64,000 nucleotides of DNA from an uncultured Microthrixaceae bacterium (GCA_963701565.1 CAVPAN010000007.1:25362-89361), one strand, 5' to 3'. Positions 1 through 11,815 are shown, numbered from the stretch's first letter. Notes: generated by a model from the letters alone, not told the origin. Numbers and translations: made by a program.

Positions 1-290
1 ACATTGTTCAGCTCACCGGACGCTTGGCCACGGAGCCTGCAGGTCCACGAGACCTGCGGGGGATTTTTTTCGGCGTGGGCCTGGAGGAAGTGACGGATGC
101 CTATGTGGAGGATGTGATGGCGCGCGGGGTGATTAGCGTGACCGAGGACGACCCGGTTACCAAGATTGCCGACATCATGCTTTCCAAGGAAATCCATCAC
201 GTCCCGGTCTGCAATGCGCGAAATTGTGTGGTGGGTATTGTCTCGTCGATGGATGTGCTCAAGGCGATTCGTGATCCCGTGCTGGTCTGA
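1..290 (+). CDS. CBS-domain protein, C-terminal part (5' end outside window)
   Basis: The frame is open from base 3 to TGA at 288-290. The tail VEDVMARGVISVTEDDPVTKIADIMLSKEIHHVPVCNARNCVVGIVSSMDVLKAI has the CBS-domain pattern. Confidence 0.7.
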   Translation, partial: IVQLTGRLATEPAGPRDLRGIFFGVGLEEVTDAYVEDVMARGVISVTEDDPVTKIADIMLSKEIHHVPVCNARNCVVGIVSSMDVLKAIRDPVLV

Positions 291-390
291 TCCAGCACGT
301 TGCGAAGATGACGGAACAAAACCCAGACACACGATCTTGCCGGAGAATATTCCGGAGCTACTCAGCGCTCTTGCGGCGCTGCTTCGGTAG

Positions 391-2063
391 CTGTCAGGCA
401 ACAAGCCACCGAGGCGAGCTCGGATGGGGAGTGATGCCGCTCGCCAGCGCTTGTAGCTGTCAGGCAGCAAGCCATCGAGACGAGCTCGGATGGGGAGTGA
501 TGCCGCTCGCCGACGCTTGTAGCTGTCAGGCAGCAAGCCATCGAGACAAGCTCGCTGGGGAGTGATGCCGCTCGCCGGCCGCTTGTAGCCGTCAGGCAGC
601 AAGCCATCGAGACGAGCTCGGATGGGGAGTGATGCCGCTCGCCAGCGCTTGTAGCCGTCAGGCAGCAGGCCACCGAGACGAGCTCTGGCTGGGGAGTGAT
701 GTCGCTCGCCATGCTTGTAGCCGTCAGGCAGCAGGCCACCGAGACGAGCTCGGCTGGGGAGCGATGTCGCTCGCCAGCTTGTAGCTGTCAGGCAGCAGGC
801 CACCGAGACGAGCTGGATGGGGAGTGATGCCGCTCGCCAGCGCTTGGTAGCTGTCAGGCAGCAAACCACCGAGCGCGAGCTCGGATGGGGGGTGATGTTG
901 CTCGTCGGCGTTTGTAGCTGTCAGGCAGCAAACCACCGAGCCAAGCTCGGCTGGGGAGTGGTGTCGCTGCGCAGGGGCGTTGGTAGCTGTCAGGCAGCAG
1001 GCCACCGAGACGAGCTCGGCTGGGGAATGACGCCGCTCGCCAGCGCTTGTAGCCGTCAGGCAGCAAGCCATCGAGACGAGCTCGGATGGGGAGTGATGCC
1101 GCTCGCCAGGCGCTTGTAGCTGTCAGGCAGCAAGCCATCGAGACGAGCTCGGATGGGGAGTGATGCCGCTCGCCAGCGCTTGTAGCCGTCAGGCAGCAGG
1201 TCACCGAGACGAGCTCGGCTGGGGAATGATGCCGCTCGCCAGCGCTTGTAGCCGTCAGGCAGCAGGCCACCGAGACGAGCTCGGCTGGGGAGCGATGTCG
1301 CTCGCCAGCGCTTGTAGCTGTCAGGCAGCACGCCACCGAGACGAGCTCGGCTGGGGTGCGATGCCGCTCGCCAGCGCATGTAGCTGTCAGGCAACAAGCC
1401 ACCGAGGCGAGCTCGGATGGGGAGTGATGCCGCTCGCCAGCGCTTGTAGCTGTCAGGCAGCAAGCCATCGAGACGAGCTCGGATGGGGAGTGATGCCGCT
1501 CGCCGGCGCTTGTAGCTGTCAGGCAGCAGGCCACCGAGACGAGCTCGGCTGGGGAGTGATGTCGCTCGCCAGCGCATGGTAGCTGTCAGGAAACAAGCCA
1601 TCGAGACGAGCTCGGATGGGGAGTGATGTCGCTCGCCAGCGCATGTAGCTGTCAGGCAACAAGCCACCGAGGCGAGCTCGGATGGGGAGTGATGCCGCTC
1701 GCCAGCGCTTGTAGCTGTCAGGCAGCAAGCCATCGAGACGAGGCTCGGATGGGGAGTGATGCCGCTCGCCAGCGCGGAGCCGTCAGGCAGCAGGCCATCG
1801 AGACGAGCTCGGATGGGGAGCGATGTCGCTCGCCAGCACATGTAGCTGTCAGGCAACAAGCCACCGAGACGAGCTCGGATGGGGAGTGATGTCGCTCGCC
1901 AGCGCTGTAGCTGTCAGGCAGCAGGCCACCGAGACGAGCTCGGCTGGGGAGCGATGTCGCTCGCCAGCGCTTGTAGCCGTCAGGCAGCAGGCCACCGAGG
2001 CGAGCTCGGATGGGGAGTGATGTCGCTCGCCAGCGCTTGTAGCTGTCAGGCAGCAGGCCACCG
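391..2063. repeat. Tandem array A: ~66-bp unit, 26 full copies plus a partial
   Basis: Unit starts C(T/C)GTCAGGCA were counted at 391, 457, 523, 589, 655, 721, 785, 851, 918, 987, 1053, 1120, 1186, 1252, 1318, 1384, 1450, 1516, 1583, 1649, 1715, 1780, 1846, 1911, 1977 and 2043. Spacing is 64-69 bp (mode 66). Consensus: CTGTCAGGCAGCAAGCCATCGAGACGAGCTCGGATGGGGAGTGATGCCGCTCGCCAGCGCTTGTAG. The whole unit is conserved and there are no unique spacers. Confidence 0.95.
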
Positions 2064-2300
2064 GCACAATTGCATCCTGCCGCAAATTGACGCATCACCA
2101 CCGAGCTCGCCTCGGTGGCTGGTTGCCTGAAGGCTACAACAATCACGACAAACAGGTCGACCGAGCGAGAGACAATGCGGCAGTTCGCGTCTTCCGAGGT
2201 CGCAATCTTCCCGCGCTGCATCGTTAGCCATCAGGCAGCTTGCCATCGGCGCACAAGTTCATCCGACCGCCAATAGGCGCATCACCACCGAGGCGAGTGG
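2064..2300. repeat. Degenerate relic copies of array-A unit (one inverted, one direct)
   Basis: 2098-2139 (CCACCGAG-CTCGC-CTCGGTGG then CTGGTTGCCTGAAGGCTACAA) resembles the reverse complement of the unit and forms an 8-bp stem. 2224-2300 (TAGCCATCAGGCAGCTTGCCATCGG...CACCACCGAGGCGAG) resembles the forward unit. Confidence 0.5.
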
Positions 2301-2317
2301 CGTGTTGATGAAGTTGC

Positions 2318-5300
2318 CTATTCCGCGACCATTTGTGAGTGCAATTCACGCAGATCTTCGTCATCGGCGAGGCGATATTTTGCCAGTTCTTCTGCGGGTA
2401 ACCTGTGCAGCAGCTCAAGTGCACAGCGCGGCATACCGCTCGGCGTCACCCGACGTCGGGTCAGGCGAGGCTGGGCGGTTGTCTGCCGCCAGGGCATAAA
2501 CGGCTGCCAGGTCAATCCGCGTACTCGGCGGCAGATCGGTTCGTTCCCGCAGCGCATCGGCCACTTCAAGGGCCGGGATCAACTGTCCCTGCCGTGCCTG
2601 GCAGCGAGCCCGCAGCGCTTGTAACTCTGCCGTGTCCAGCTCGACGGGCAGCAGCTCGGCTTCCTTCAGCGATTCCAGGGCAGCTGCATCGTTGCCCAAG
2701 CGATACCGGCTGCGGGCGAGCCCCAGCAGACTGTCGCGAATGCTTTCGCGCAAGTCATGGCTGCCAGCTTCAGCCGATGCGACCCGGAAGTAGTTCGCGG
2801 CTTGTTCGAAGCACCGCGACGCTCCTTCCGCATCGCCTTCGAGCAATCGTCCGCGACTCAGATTGTAGGTGACGTGCCCGAGTTTCGTGAAATAGGGCAA
2901 ACACTGCGGATCCTGTTCAACCAGCCCTTCACGAATCAGTCGCGCTCGCTCGTATTCGACAAGAGCTTCATCGACACGGCCGGCATCGAACAGCAGATTT
3001 CCCAGGTTGTTCAGCGTGTCCGCGTAAACATCGGCGTAACTGAGTGTATCGGGATAAGCCGTGTATAATTTCCGGGAGGTTTCACACGCGGCGCGGTAAG
3101 AGGCTTCCGCCAGTTCAAGACGGTGCGTGACGCCGTAAACCTCCGCCAGATTGTGCAGCGTACTCGCCAGATACGATTGGTAAATCGGCACGTCGGGATA
3201 CGCCGTGGCCATTCGTTGGCGGATTGCCTGTGATTGCTTCAGGCTGTACAGGGCTGCTTCATACTGCTCGAGTGCAAATTGTGCGGTTCCCAACCCGTGG
3301 TACGCTCCCCCCACGGCATCCTGATACTCGGTGTTGTCGGGATGAGCATCCAGCACGATGAATCCGAGTTCGAGACTTTGCTGGTATTCCTGGCCCGCGA
3401 CGTCAAAGTCATCGCGTGAGTAAGCTACGTTTCCGAGATTCATGGCAAGTTGGGCCAGGGTAAGCGTGTATTCGTCGACCTCGGGAAAGTCCCGCTGCAG
3501 GCTTTGCACCAAATCGCGTGATCTTTGCCAGCAGGTTTCCGCCTGATCCCACGAAGCCTGGGCCAACTCGAGTCCGCCCCGATTCATCAAGTTTACGGCA
3601 CGCTGATACCGGTAGTTACTGACCAGCGGATAGCGTTGTGTCAGTGTTGCCAGCAGCTCATCAGCCTCGTCGTACGCCCGTCGAGCATCGTCTGTCTTGC
3701 CAGCTTGTTGGTTTAACAAAGCCAGGTAGGAGTTGCTGCTCGCCAATTGATATTGGTAATGCGTTAGTTCAGGATGACGATCGACCAATTCCTGACACAT
3801 TTGTTGCATCGCACGGAAACTGGCTTGTGCTTCTGCGATCATGCCGTGCCGCTGAAAGAGGGCACCCATGCTCTTGTGGACTTGATACAGTTCGTCGTCG
3901 CTCAAGTCAGCTCGCGGAGCATTCGACAATTCATCGTAAACCGTTTGTGCTTCCTCCCAGCTCGCCTGTTCAAGGGACGGTTGGTTCGTCTGGCCATACA
4001 ACAGCACAAGTTGAGACAGCGAATTCAGGAAATAGAGCCGGTATTTCATTTCATGCGGAAACTTCCGGCAAAGCCCTTTGCAGATCTCGCATGCCTGACG
4101 TTCATGCATTTCCGCCGTGGGATAATCGCCGAGCATTTGAAGATTATTGCCAAGATTGGAGTGACACAGCGAAAGCCAGTAGGCATATTCGGGTACGCCC
4201 GGTTGCTGGACGGTCAATCGGTGATAAGCGTCTTGCGCGGCAGCATAATGTTCGATGGCGGCATCGCGATCGCCGAGTTGGCTCTGAATTGTGGCCAGTC
4301 GAAAGTGCGATTCAGCCATTTTTTCGGTTACTTCAAATCCTGGGGATTGCTGACCGAGTAATTGCTGATAGAAATTCTGTGCCGTGGTAAGTAGTTGTTT
4401 GCGGAGCGGCTCCATACCACGGGATGTCAGATCGGGGCTTTCACTGATGTTCGATAGGTACGTTTCCACAGCTTGCAGGGCCAACTGGTAATTCTGATCA
4501 GCGCGAGTGGCTTGCGTTCGCGCTCGCATGTAGAGCGACGTCGTGATCCATAGTCCGCCTGCCAGCAGCAGGAAGACGGTGGCGACCAGGCTCGCTGCGA
4601 GCGGATTGCGCCGCGCCCAACGCCAGCTGCGTTCGGTGGCACCAGTACGTCGGGCCGTGATCGGTTGTCCCCCACGAAAATTGTGCAGGTCCAGTGCCAG
4701 ATCGGCGGCGGTGGCATAGCGTTTGGCGGGCTCCTTGTGCAGGCATTTGAGACAAATCGTTTCCAGGTCCCGTGAAACGTCGGGACGCAGATCGCGTGGT
4801 GGGATGGGTTCCTGCGATCGAACTTTTGTCAGCAAATCGAAGAAATTGGCAGCTTGAAACGGCAAGGTGCCAGTCAGCAGCTGGTAAAGGATGACACCCA
4901 AGGCATACACGTCGGCGCTCACCGTAACCGTTTCGAGTTCACCCGAAAACTGCTCGGGAGCCATGTAGGCCGGCGTGCCAATGACCGTGCCACTTTCCGT
5001 ATGGCGTTCGACGGACTGGTCAGGCCCCATTGGCAACTGCCTGGACAGGCCCAGATCGGTGATCTTCAACACGCCATCGGTCGAGATCAACACGTTATTG
5101 GGTTTCAGGTCACGGTGCACGACACCATGTTGATGAGCGTGTTGCATTGCCGTCGCCAGCGTTTCCACGCACGCAGTGGCGAATTCCAGTGGCTGCGCCA
5201 ACCCGGAGATTTTGTCACCCAACGTTCCGCCGTCGATGTACTCCAACACGAGATAGGGGCATCCTTGATGCGTTCCGTAGTCGTAAATCTGCACGAAATT

Positions 5301-6031
5301 AGGGTGTCGCAATCGTGAGATGGCGGCTGCTTCCCGCTTGAACCGTATCAGCTGATTCTCGCTGGCGAAATCGGCTCGATGCAGGAACTTGAGGGCTACG
5401 TCGCGCCCCAGTGATTCCTGCCGCGCCTCGGTAGACCACGCCCACTCCACCGCGGCCCAATTCCTCGATCAGCTGAAAGCCTGGGACGGCAGGCGGTTGA
5501 TACGCGGTAACCGGCGCTGCCGATTCGTGGGCCGCCGATAAATGCGTCGTGGCCGCATCCGTGTGCATGTTGGCTGCGCGAATGGATGCAGTGGATCCTT
5601 GGTGGTGTTCGTCAGGCAGTAACGCGGATAGGCCAGGATCCGCAGGCAGGTCTTGCAAAGATCGGTGAAACTCAATCTGCCGCGAAAGCTCTGGGACGAG
5701 CGCCGGGAATCGGCGCGTCCATGCCTCCACCAAAGTACGCTCCCCCTGCTCTTCGCGCAGCAGGAATTCGCAATAGGCGATGTCGACTGCGGTCTGCTGG
5801 TGGGCTGCCAATGCCGGAAACAGGCGAAAATAAGTTTCGCTCGTTGATTGTTGACCGCGCGACCAGCCGAACCGCATGTCGTGCGCGCACGATAGCGGCA
5901 AGGTCGCCGAGGGGAAGTTCGGGATAAGCTGCCATGAACTCAGCCAGCGATGGGCGACTGTCGGTTCGGCACCTGCGGCAGAATTCCAGCAGCGGGTCAA
6001 CGATTTGGGGATTAGCCGGTTGGGAGTTCAT
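2318..6031 (-). CDS. Ser/Thr protein kinase with transmembrane segment and long TPR-like C-terminal region (frameshifted in this sequence)
   Basis: ORF 2415..5450 (1011 aa) has VALKFL, HRDLKPNNVL, ITDLGLS and GTPAYMAPE, a TM helix (LAASLVATVFLLLAGGLWITT) and about 650 aa of TPR-like repeats. The Gly loop LGRGGVGVVYRG sits in ORF 5299..6000 and the N-terminal DPLLEFCRRCRTDSRPSLAEF in ORF 5672..6073. That implies at least 2 frameshifts (~5,445 and ~5,885). A probable third near 2,420 extends the tail (ALELLHRLPAEELAKYRLADDEDLRELH) to the stop at 2318. The start could be ATG 6031 or 6073. Confidence 0.8.
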
Positions 6032-6289
6032 TGCTTGCGAGCCTGAGACCTGCCTGGAGATCGTGCCTGCCATTCCTTGATTGCTGCTTCAACTCGAATC
6101 AGGCCATCGTGCATTCCGCGTGTCGTCCAACTCGCTGGCCAGCACGCGTCGAGCGCTAACTCACCGACTCATCATCATGATCGCCGTTTCTTCCGTGAAC
6201 GAACAAATTAACGCTGCAATTCTCACATTTCTTGGTTCTGTCCGCCCTGACGATGAAGGGGACCTGGCGCATCCAGCGGAGCCAAGCCC

Positions 6290-6881
6290 TTATTCGACCA
6301 AACCAAATTGCTCCGTAACACGTTGCGTAGCACGTTTCAGCTGCATGCGCACGGCGTCGGGCGACAGCTCCATGATCTGGCCGATCTGCTGCCAGCTCAA
6401 ATTCTGGCCCCGCAATTCGATGATTTGCAATTCTTCGCTGGAAAGCGCCTCACGGCACATCAGCAGCAATTCGCTGGCAGAGACCAACTGGCTGGGAGTG
6501 TCGTCCGGGCCGGCGGCCGCGTCCAACGCCGCAGTTGCATGCTGATCGCGACTGCGCTTCACGCTTTTCCCGAAACTGCCAGCGGGCTTTGGAGGCGTAT
6601 TTGTTGCGTGCCATTTTCAGCAACAAGGCCGCCAGCTGCCGCGGGTCTTCCAGCTGATATTCTCCCGCCATCGCCCGAAACAAAAAACTGGCCAACACCG
6701 ACTGGGAGAAATCGACCGAATCGAACAGGCGAGCCATACGCTGGTCTTCCAAGTGGAAGCGGATTTCGCGACGAATGATGGGCTCATACCTCGCGACCAG
6801 CTCGTCAGCCGCGGCGCTGTCCGCACGGCGAAGACGGTCGATAAATTCTCGGAATTCTCTTGATTCGTCGTGGGTCGCCAT
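6290..6881 (-). CDS. ECF-type RNA polymerase sigma factor (one frameshift)
   Basis: ATG at 6881 gives MATHDESREFREFIDRLRR...LLLKMARNKYASKARWQFRE (frame of ORF 6450..7172). The reading continues after a shift near 6,555 in ORF 6290..6562. That ORF contains the region-4 HTH LSSEELQIIELRGQNLSWQQIGQIMELSPDAVRMQLKRATQRV. Confidence 0.75.
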
Positions 6882-7122
6882 TTGATCAGGCTCACGGAAA
6901 TCCGTCGTCTCACTGTGTGGCCAGAGGCCGGTCGTGAAGCGGCTATCAGTCTGGGCGACAGGCCCAGACCGAATTTTCACCCGAGCGCCAAGTCGTGTCA
7001 AAGCCACGACAACAAATATTTGGCAAGTTTGTGTTCGTTCCGGAACTTCGCGGCGATTCATTTTTTGTGGAAGGCCGACATCCAATCCATGCGCCGTCTG
7101 CAAGTCCTGGAGCAACTCAATC

Positions 7123-10100
7123 ATGAACAATCCATTCCGATTTGACTGGTCTTGTTTTCCTGTTTCCTTCAATCAGATTGCCGCAACCGCGTTGCCAGCG
7201 GCTGCTGCCCGGCGGCGGTCCACCCCTGCAGGCCGACCGGCCAGAACCAAACCACGTTTATCCGGCGAGTGCCTGGAGGACCGCCGGATGCTTTCGACCA
7301 TCCAATGGACGAATCGCGGAACGGCCAGCAACGACTCGGATGGATTTAATGCACTGTTCGGGTCCAACGCGCAACAAGCTCGTCTTGTGGTGGATCGTGC
7401 GATCCTGGACTGGGAAGAGGTCGTCGTCAATTTTAATTACAACGGCGGCGGAAACACCTTTGACTTGACCGTCGAAACCGCTGACCTCGCCGTGATTGCC
7501 AATGGCGGTGTGACCGCACAAAACGCCGGCAAGCCTTCTTCGGGTCGCATTCGCTTGGACAATACGGGAACGACACACTACGTGGATCCGACTGCCGGGG
7601 ACGATGCGGAATTCGACGACAACATCACAAATGCTTTCACGGGTTACGCGATCACTCCAGCAATTGTGGGCGTGGACCTGTACGCCACGGTGGCGCACGA
7701 GTTGGGTCACGTCCTGGGCATCAGCAGTCAAAGCGGGCTGTTGATCCAGAATTTTATCACGGACACGGGCGTCGACGATCCCAACTCGGCGGCTGCGGGC
7801 AACCTGCTGGCCTTCAATGTGGGTGGCGGCCCGATCGAAGCCACGTTTACGGCTTCCGACGCGGGGCACCTGTGGGAAGGACCGGGAACCACGGCGTCCA
7901 ATAACGCCGGCTTGCCGTGGCACAATGACGTACTGATGAATCCCGGCCGCGCCATTGCCCCCAATGAACGCAACCTCATCAGCGACTTGGAGGCAGCCAT
8001 CCTCCGCGACGCCTACGGATACACGGTCACCATGCCCAGCACGCTGAATAACATGCTGGTCAATCCGAATTTCACGACGGATGTGCTGACCGTGAACGGG
8101 CAGCCGGGTGTGGTTGGCGAAGTCATCGTGGTGCAAGGCTCATCGATCCCCGGGACGCTGCACGTTTCGGTCGGTCCCTTTTCGGAAATCGTGCCGTTGT
8201 CGCAAGTCAACAGCATCGTTGTCAACGGCAACGACGGTGACGACTTCATTCGACTGGAATACAACGGGGGCCGCGACTCAGTTGAATGGCGGTAACGGCA
8301 ATGACTACATCGATTTTGCCTTCGGCACGCGGAATTTGAACAACATCGCGGGCTCCACGACGGTGACCGGAGGACCGGGTACCGATAACATTTTCGTCTA
8401 CGACAACAACAACCCGATTGCCACGACCTATTCCGTCAACGACACCCGCTTTGATCGCCCGGGCTGGGGTGGCTTCTTCTACGCAGCGGACGTGGAAGGA
8501 TTGACGCTCACAACAGGCTCGGCCGCCGACACGGTGAATGTTCCCAGTACTTACCCGGGACAGCCGGTTTTAATCAACAGCTCGGGTGGCCAGGATACCG
8601 TCAATCTGGGAAACAGCGGCAACGGCGTGCAGTCGATTCGCGCTCAAGTACAGATTCACAACGACCCGTCCTTTACCACCCTGAATATCTCTGACGTGGG
8701 GGACACGACGGCACGAAACGTCGTGATCGATCAATGGGCTGGCAATTTCGGTGCCATGGCGGGACTCGCACCCGGCTACATCACCTGGGACAACTCCGAT
8801 ATCCGAGAAATTCACATCACGACGGGGAGCGGTGACGACACCGTCGACGTGCTGCGACTGTCTGAGCGACTTTACTTGTCAAGCAACGGCGGTCATGATC
8901 AGATCGCGGTCGGAAACGACACCGACGGGCTCAGTCAAATCACGGGCGTGATGGACGTAGGGCCCAACCCCGCCTTCGTGTTCAGCGACCTGACGATCAA
9001 GGATACTGGCGGTAGCATCGGGCCGCAACGTGGGCTGGATCCCGACGAGAACGGGTTCTTTGTTACGGGACTTCCAGCTGGCTTTCGTTATGAGAATGTC
9101 CTGCAGCTCTTTGTACTTGGTGGAAACGGAGCTGATAACTACACGGTCGTCGCTCAGACCGATAATTTCATCAATGTCGATGGCGGAGCGGGGTTCAACA
9201 CGATGCTGGTGGATGATCGAACGAGCCCCTTCGCCTTCTTGCGGTCGACGTTTATTCCTTTGGCATCGACCGCTCGACGGGTGGGGTTTTCCCGACGAGC
9301 ATGTGGATAGGCTTTGCGAACGTCCAGTCCCCGACATTCTATGCTGCCGATTCGTCGACCTCGATGAACGTCTTCGGGACGCCCGCCACGATCCCTGCCG
9401 GCCAGCAGATGATCGATTTTTGCCGGCGATAACAGTGACACCGTGTCGCTGCATCCACACGACGCGCAGGGCAATCTCACAGTCAACGGGAACCTGGGTA
9501 TCGTGGCGGGGGACGGAAGCGACACACTCGTCATTGAAGACACAGCGTCGGTGAGTCCGATCGATTACCGATTCTTCAACCAGTTTGGTCCGGGTACGAC
9601 CAGTATCGGCGGCTTGGGTGCTGCGGGATTTGGGGCGGCCAACGATTTTGAACATATCGTGATCAACGCTGGCTCCGGAAACGACACGTTTCAAATCGAT
9701 TCTTTTCAGGCCGGCAGTGGATTGTCGATCAATGCCGGCGCTGGCGGCGATACCATCGACCTCACGCCAGTGAGCAAGGACTTAGCGGCCAGTATAACCA
9801 GTATTTCGTCGTTCAGTTTCAATGGCGGCGACGGTTACGATACTTTCAACGTCTACAATGACGATAGCACCAGCACGTGGGATTACACGCGGACGGCCGC
9901 GTTCCTCAGAACGCAACGCACGACCGGCGGAACCTACTTTCTGATACTCAATCAGAGTGAGACGGAATACCTGTCTGCGACAGGTGGCTCGCAGAACGAT
10001 CAATTCTTCGTCCAATCGACTCCCAGTGGATTCAGTGCGTTCGACGGGGCTGGCGGCGATGATTTTTACCTGCTCAGCAATGCCATGAGTACCAATGGCA

Positions 10101-11318
10101 TTACAGGCCCGGTCTACACGATCAATTCCGGGGCATCGACTCGGTGACGATCGACGATCGAGCGGACACGACCGGGAAGACAGTCCATGTGGAAAACTTC
10201 CTCGTCAACACGGTTCCGGGCGACAATCTATTCGGCCCCGGCGGGTGGCTGTATCACGTCAACATTCGAGGACCATTAACCGTCAAGACGGGGGTTGGCG
10301 CTGACAACGTGTATGTCGTTGCGCATCCGTTGACTCCGATTGTCCTTGAAGATAGCGGCAATCCGGCACTTGAACAGGGAGATTTTCTAGGACTTGCGTT
10401 TGCCGTGCGGGGAATCCCGTGTTTATGTCCGGGGGTCCCGGGACAGGAACTTATAGCTTCGACAACCGGGCTGATATCCACTACAGCGGCGTGGAACAAA
10501 CGATCGCTGATGCGACCGCCCCGATGATCACCTCGCAGGCCTATTCCGAGATACCCGGTTCGACGATTGCAATCGTATTTAGCGAAGATGTGTCCAATGC
10601 TTTGACCGTCGACTACTTGAATCTTGTTGATCTCGCGACCGGCGCCCAGGTTCCGTACTATGCGCGTGACCTGGCGTACGACGCGAGTACCAACACGGCC
10701 ACCTTTACGTTTCCAGGTTTACCCGGCGGCAAGCTCCCCGCTGGTGATTACCGTGCGTCGATTTTCTCGACTTTGGGGGACGCTTTCGGAAACCTGTTGG
10801 GCGTCGAGATCCCGTTTGACTTTAGCGTCCAAGACGACGTGATAGACGGTGACTTCAACGACGACGGGCTGTTCGACTGCGCCGACATCGACATGCTGGT
10901 TGCCGATATTGTCGCCGGCAACCATTCACCGCAGTTCGACTTGAATGGGGATTCGTTAGTTGATTTGAGTGATCGCGATGCCTGGCTGGCGGAAGCGGCG
11001 GCCGTGAACGGGCTGGCGTCTCCTTATCGCCTGGGAGACGCCAATCTGGATGGTGTTGTCGATGGGCAGGACTTTATCGTCTGGAACAGCAACAAGTTCA
11101 CGTCCGCCGCCGGTTGGTGTGCGGGAGACTTCAACGCGGACGGCTTCGTGGATGGGCAGGACTTCATTGCCTGGAACGGCAACAAGTTCACATCGTCGAA
11201 CCTGTTGGCAGGCGTTGCCGTGCGAGCCAACGATTACGACCGCAGGATATCGCATGTGGACCACATCTTTCGAGATGGCTTCGAGGCCGTTGGCGGTCCC
11301 GACCGTTGGGGCATTTGA
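7123..11318 (+). CDS. Giant secreted protein: HExxH metalloprotease-like region, GGxGxD-type repeats, C-terminal dockerin/EF-hand-like repeats (at least 5 frameshifts)
   Basis: ATG 7123 gives MNNPFRF...ECLEDRRMLS. HELGHVLG lies in ORF 6934..8295. Repeats such as GGNGNDYI, GGPGTDNIF, GSGDDTVDV, GDGSDTLVIED, GSGNDTFQID and NGGDGYDTFNV run through ORFs 8108..9310, 9443..10147 and 10144..10527. The tail of ORF 10419..11318 has DFNDDGLFDCADID, DLNGDSLVDLSD, GDANLDGVVDGQDFIVWNSNKF and GDFNADGFVDGQDFIAWNGNKF. The pieces abut or overlap in different frames (joints ~8,270, ~9,240-9,440, ~10,140, ~10,430). Confidence 0.7.
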
Positions 11319-11465
11319 AGTTAACCCTGCGCAGCCTGGCGGTGCCCCAGGCCGTAGCAATGTCCGTCAGGTGCAATGACGAAGAAGACTCGATAGGAAT
11401 TGTGACCGTGCTTTTCCTTCGAGTTGCACAAGTCGAGCGACTACAACCAGGTCAACCCTTAGCCC

Positions 11466-11493
11466 GAAAAAACTCCCGCCCAGGGGGCGGGAT
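11466..11493 (-). terminator. Rho-independent terminator (minus strand)
   Basis: Read on the minus strand the sequence is CCCGCCCCCTGGGCGGGAGTTTTTT: a GC stem (CCCGCCC/GGGCGGG) followed by a T6 run. It lies about 70 nt downstream of the stop at 11563. Confidence 0.7.
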
Positions 11494-11562
11494 CGGGCAA
11501 TAGCCGGGTGCAACCGACGGCATGGACCTGCTTACGCGAACTTGACGGCACAGCAAACGCAA

Positions 11563-11815
11563 CTATTTGGCCTTAACCGTAATCCTGCGAGGTTTCACTG
11601 CGTCACTCTTGGGCAGGTGCAGCGTCAGCACACCCGAAACCATTTCCGCCGAAATCGAGCACGCTGGGCCCATACGGTCGCCGGATATCGCGCGGACCGC
11701 ATTTTTGGGGGTGTTTTCCGGGGCCGGTTGGCGGCCCGAATGCGGAAGGGACAGACAGGACGAAATGACAAAAAACACCAACGAACGCAGGTGAGGTCCC
11801 CTCGGTCCCTTCGCA
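11563..11815 (-). pseudogene. Degraded Hsp20/alpha-crystallin remnant
   Basis: Only the C-terminal signature ISAEMVSGVLTLHLPKSDAVKPRRITVKAK* is recognisable, and RRPYGP appears in another frame. The ~250 bp between the typA stop and this stop is too short for an Hsp20 gene. The stretch between the YG and ISAE motifs is far shorter than in the family. Confidence 0.3.

Noticed and set aside
391-2063. Array A as a CRISPR array
   Set aside because: There are no unique spacers. The complete 66-bp period is the repeat, with only point variants and 1-3-bp length changes. No cas genes or leader are nearby.
362-2246. Long ORFs across array A (e.g. 854..1534 -, 1056..1859 -, 1160..1582 +) as repeat proteins (22-aa period ACCLTATSAGERHHSPSELVSM / LPDSYKRWRAASLPIRARLGGL)
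   Set aside because: 66 is 22 codons and the unit lacks stops in 3 of 6 frames, so open frames on both strands are automatic. Unit-length variation (64-69 bp) repeatedly breaks every frame. No RBS or plausible start was found. A coding role cannot be fully excluded, given the general indel noise.
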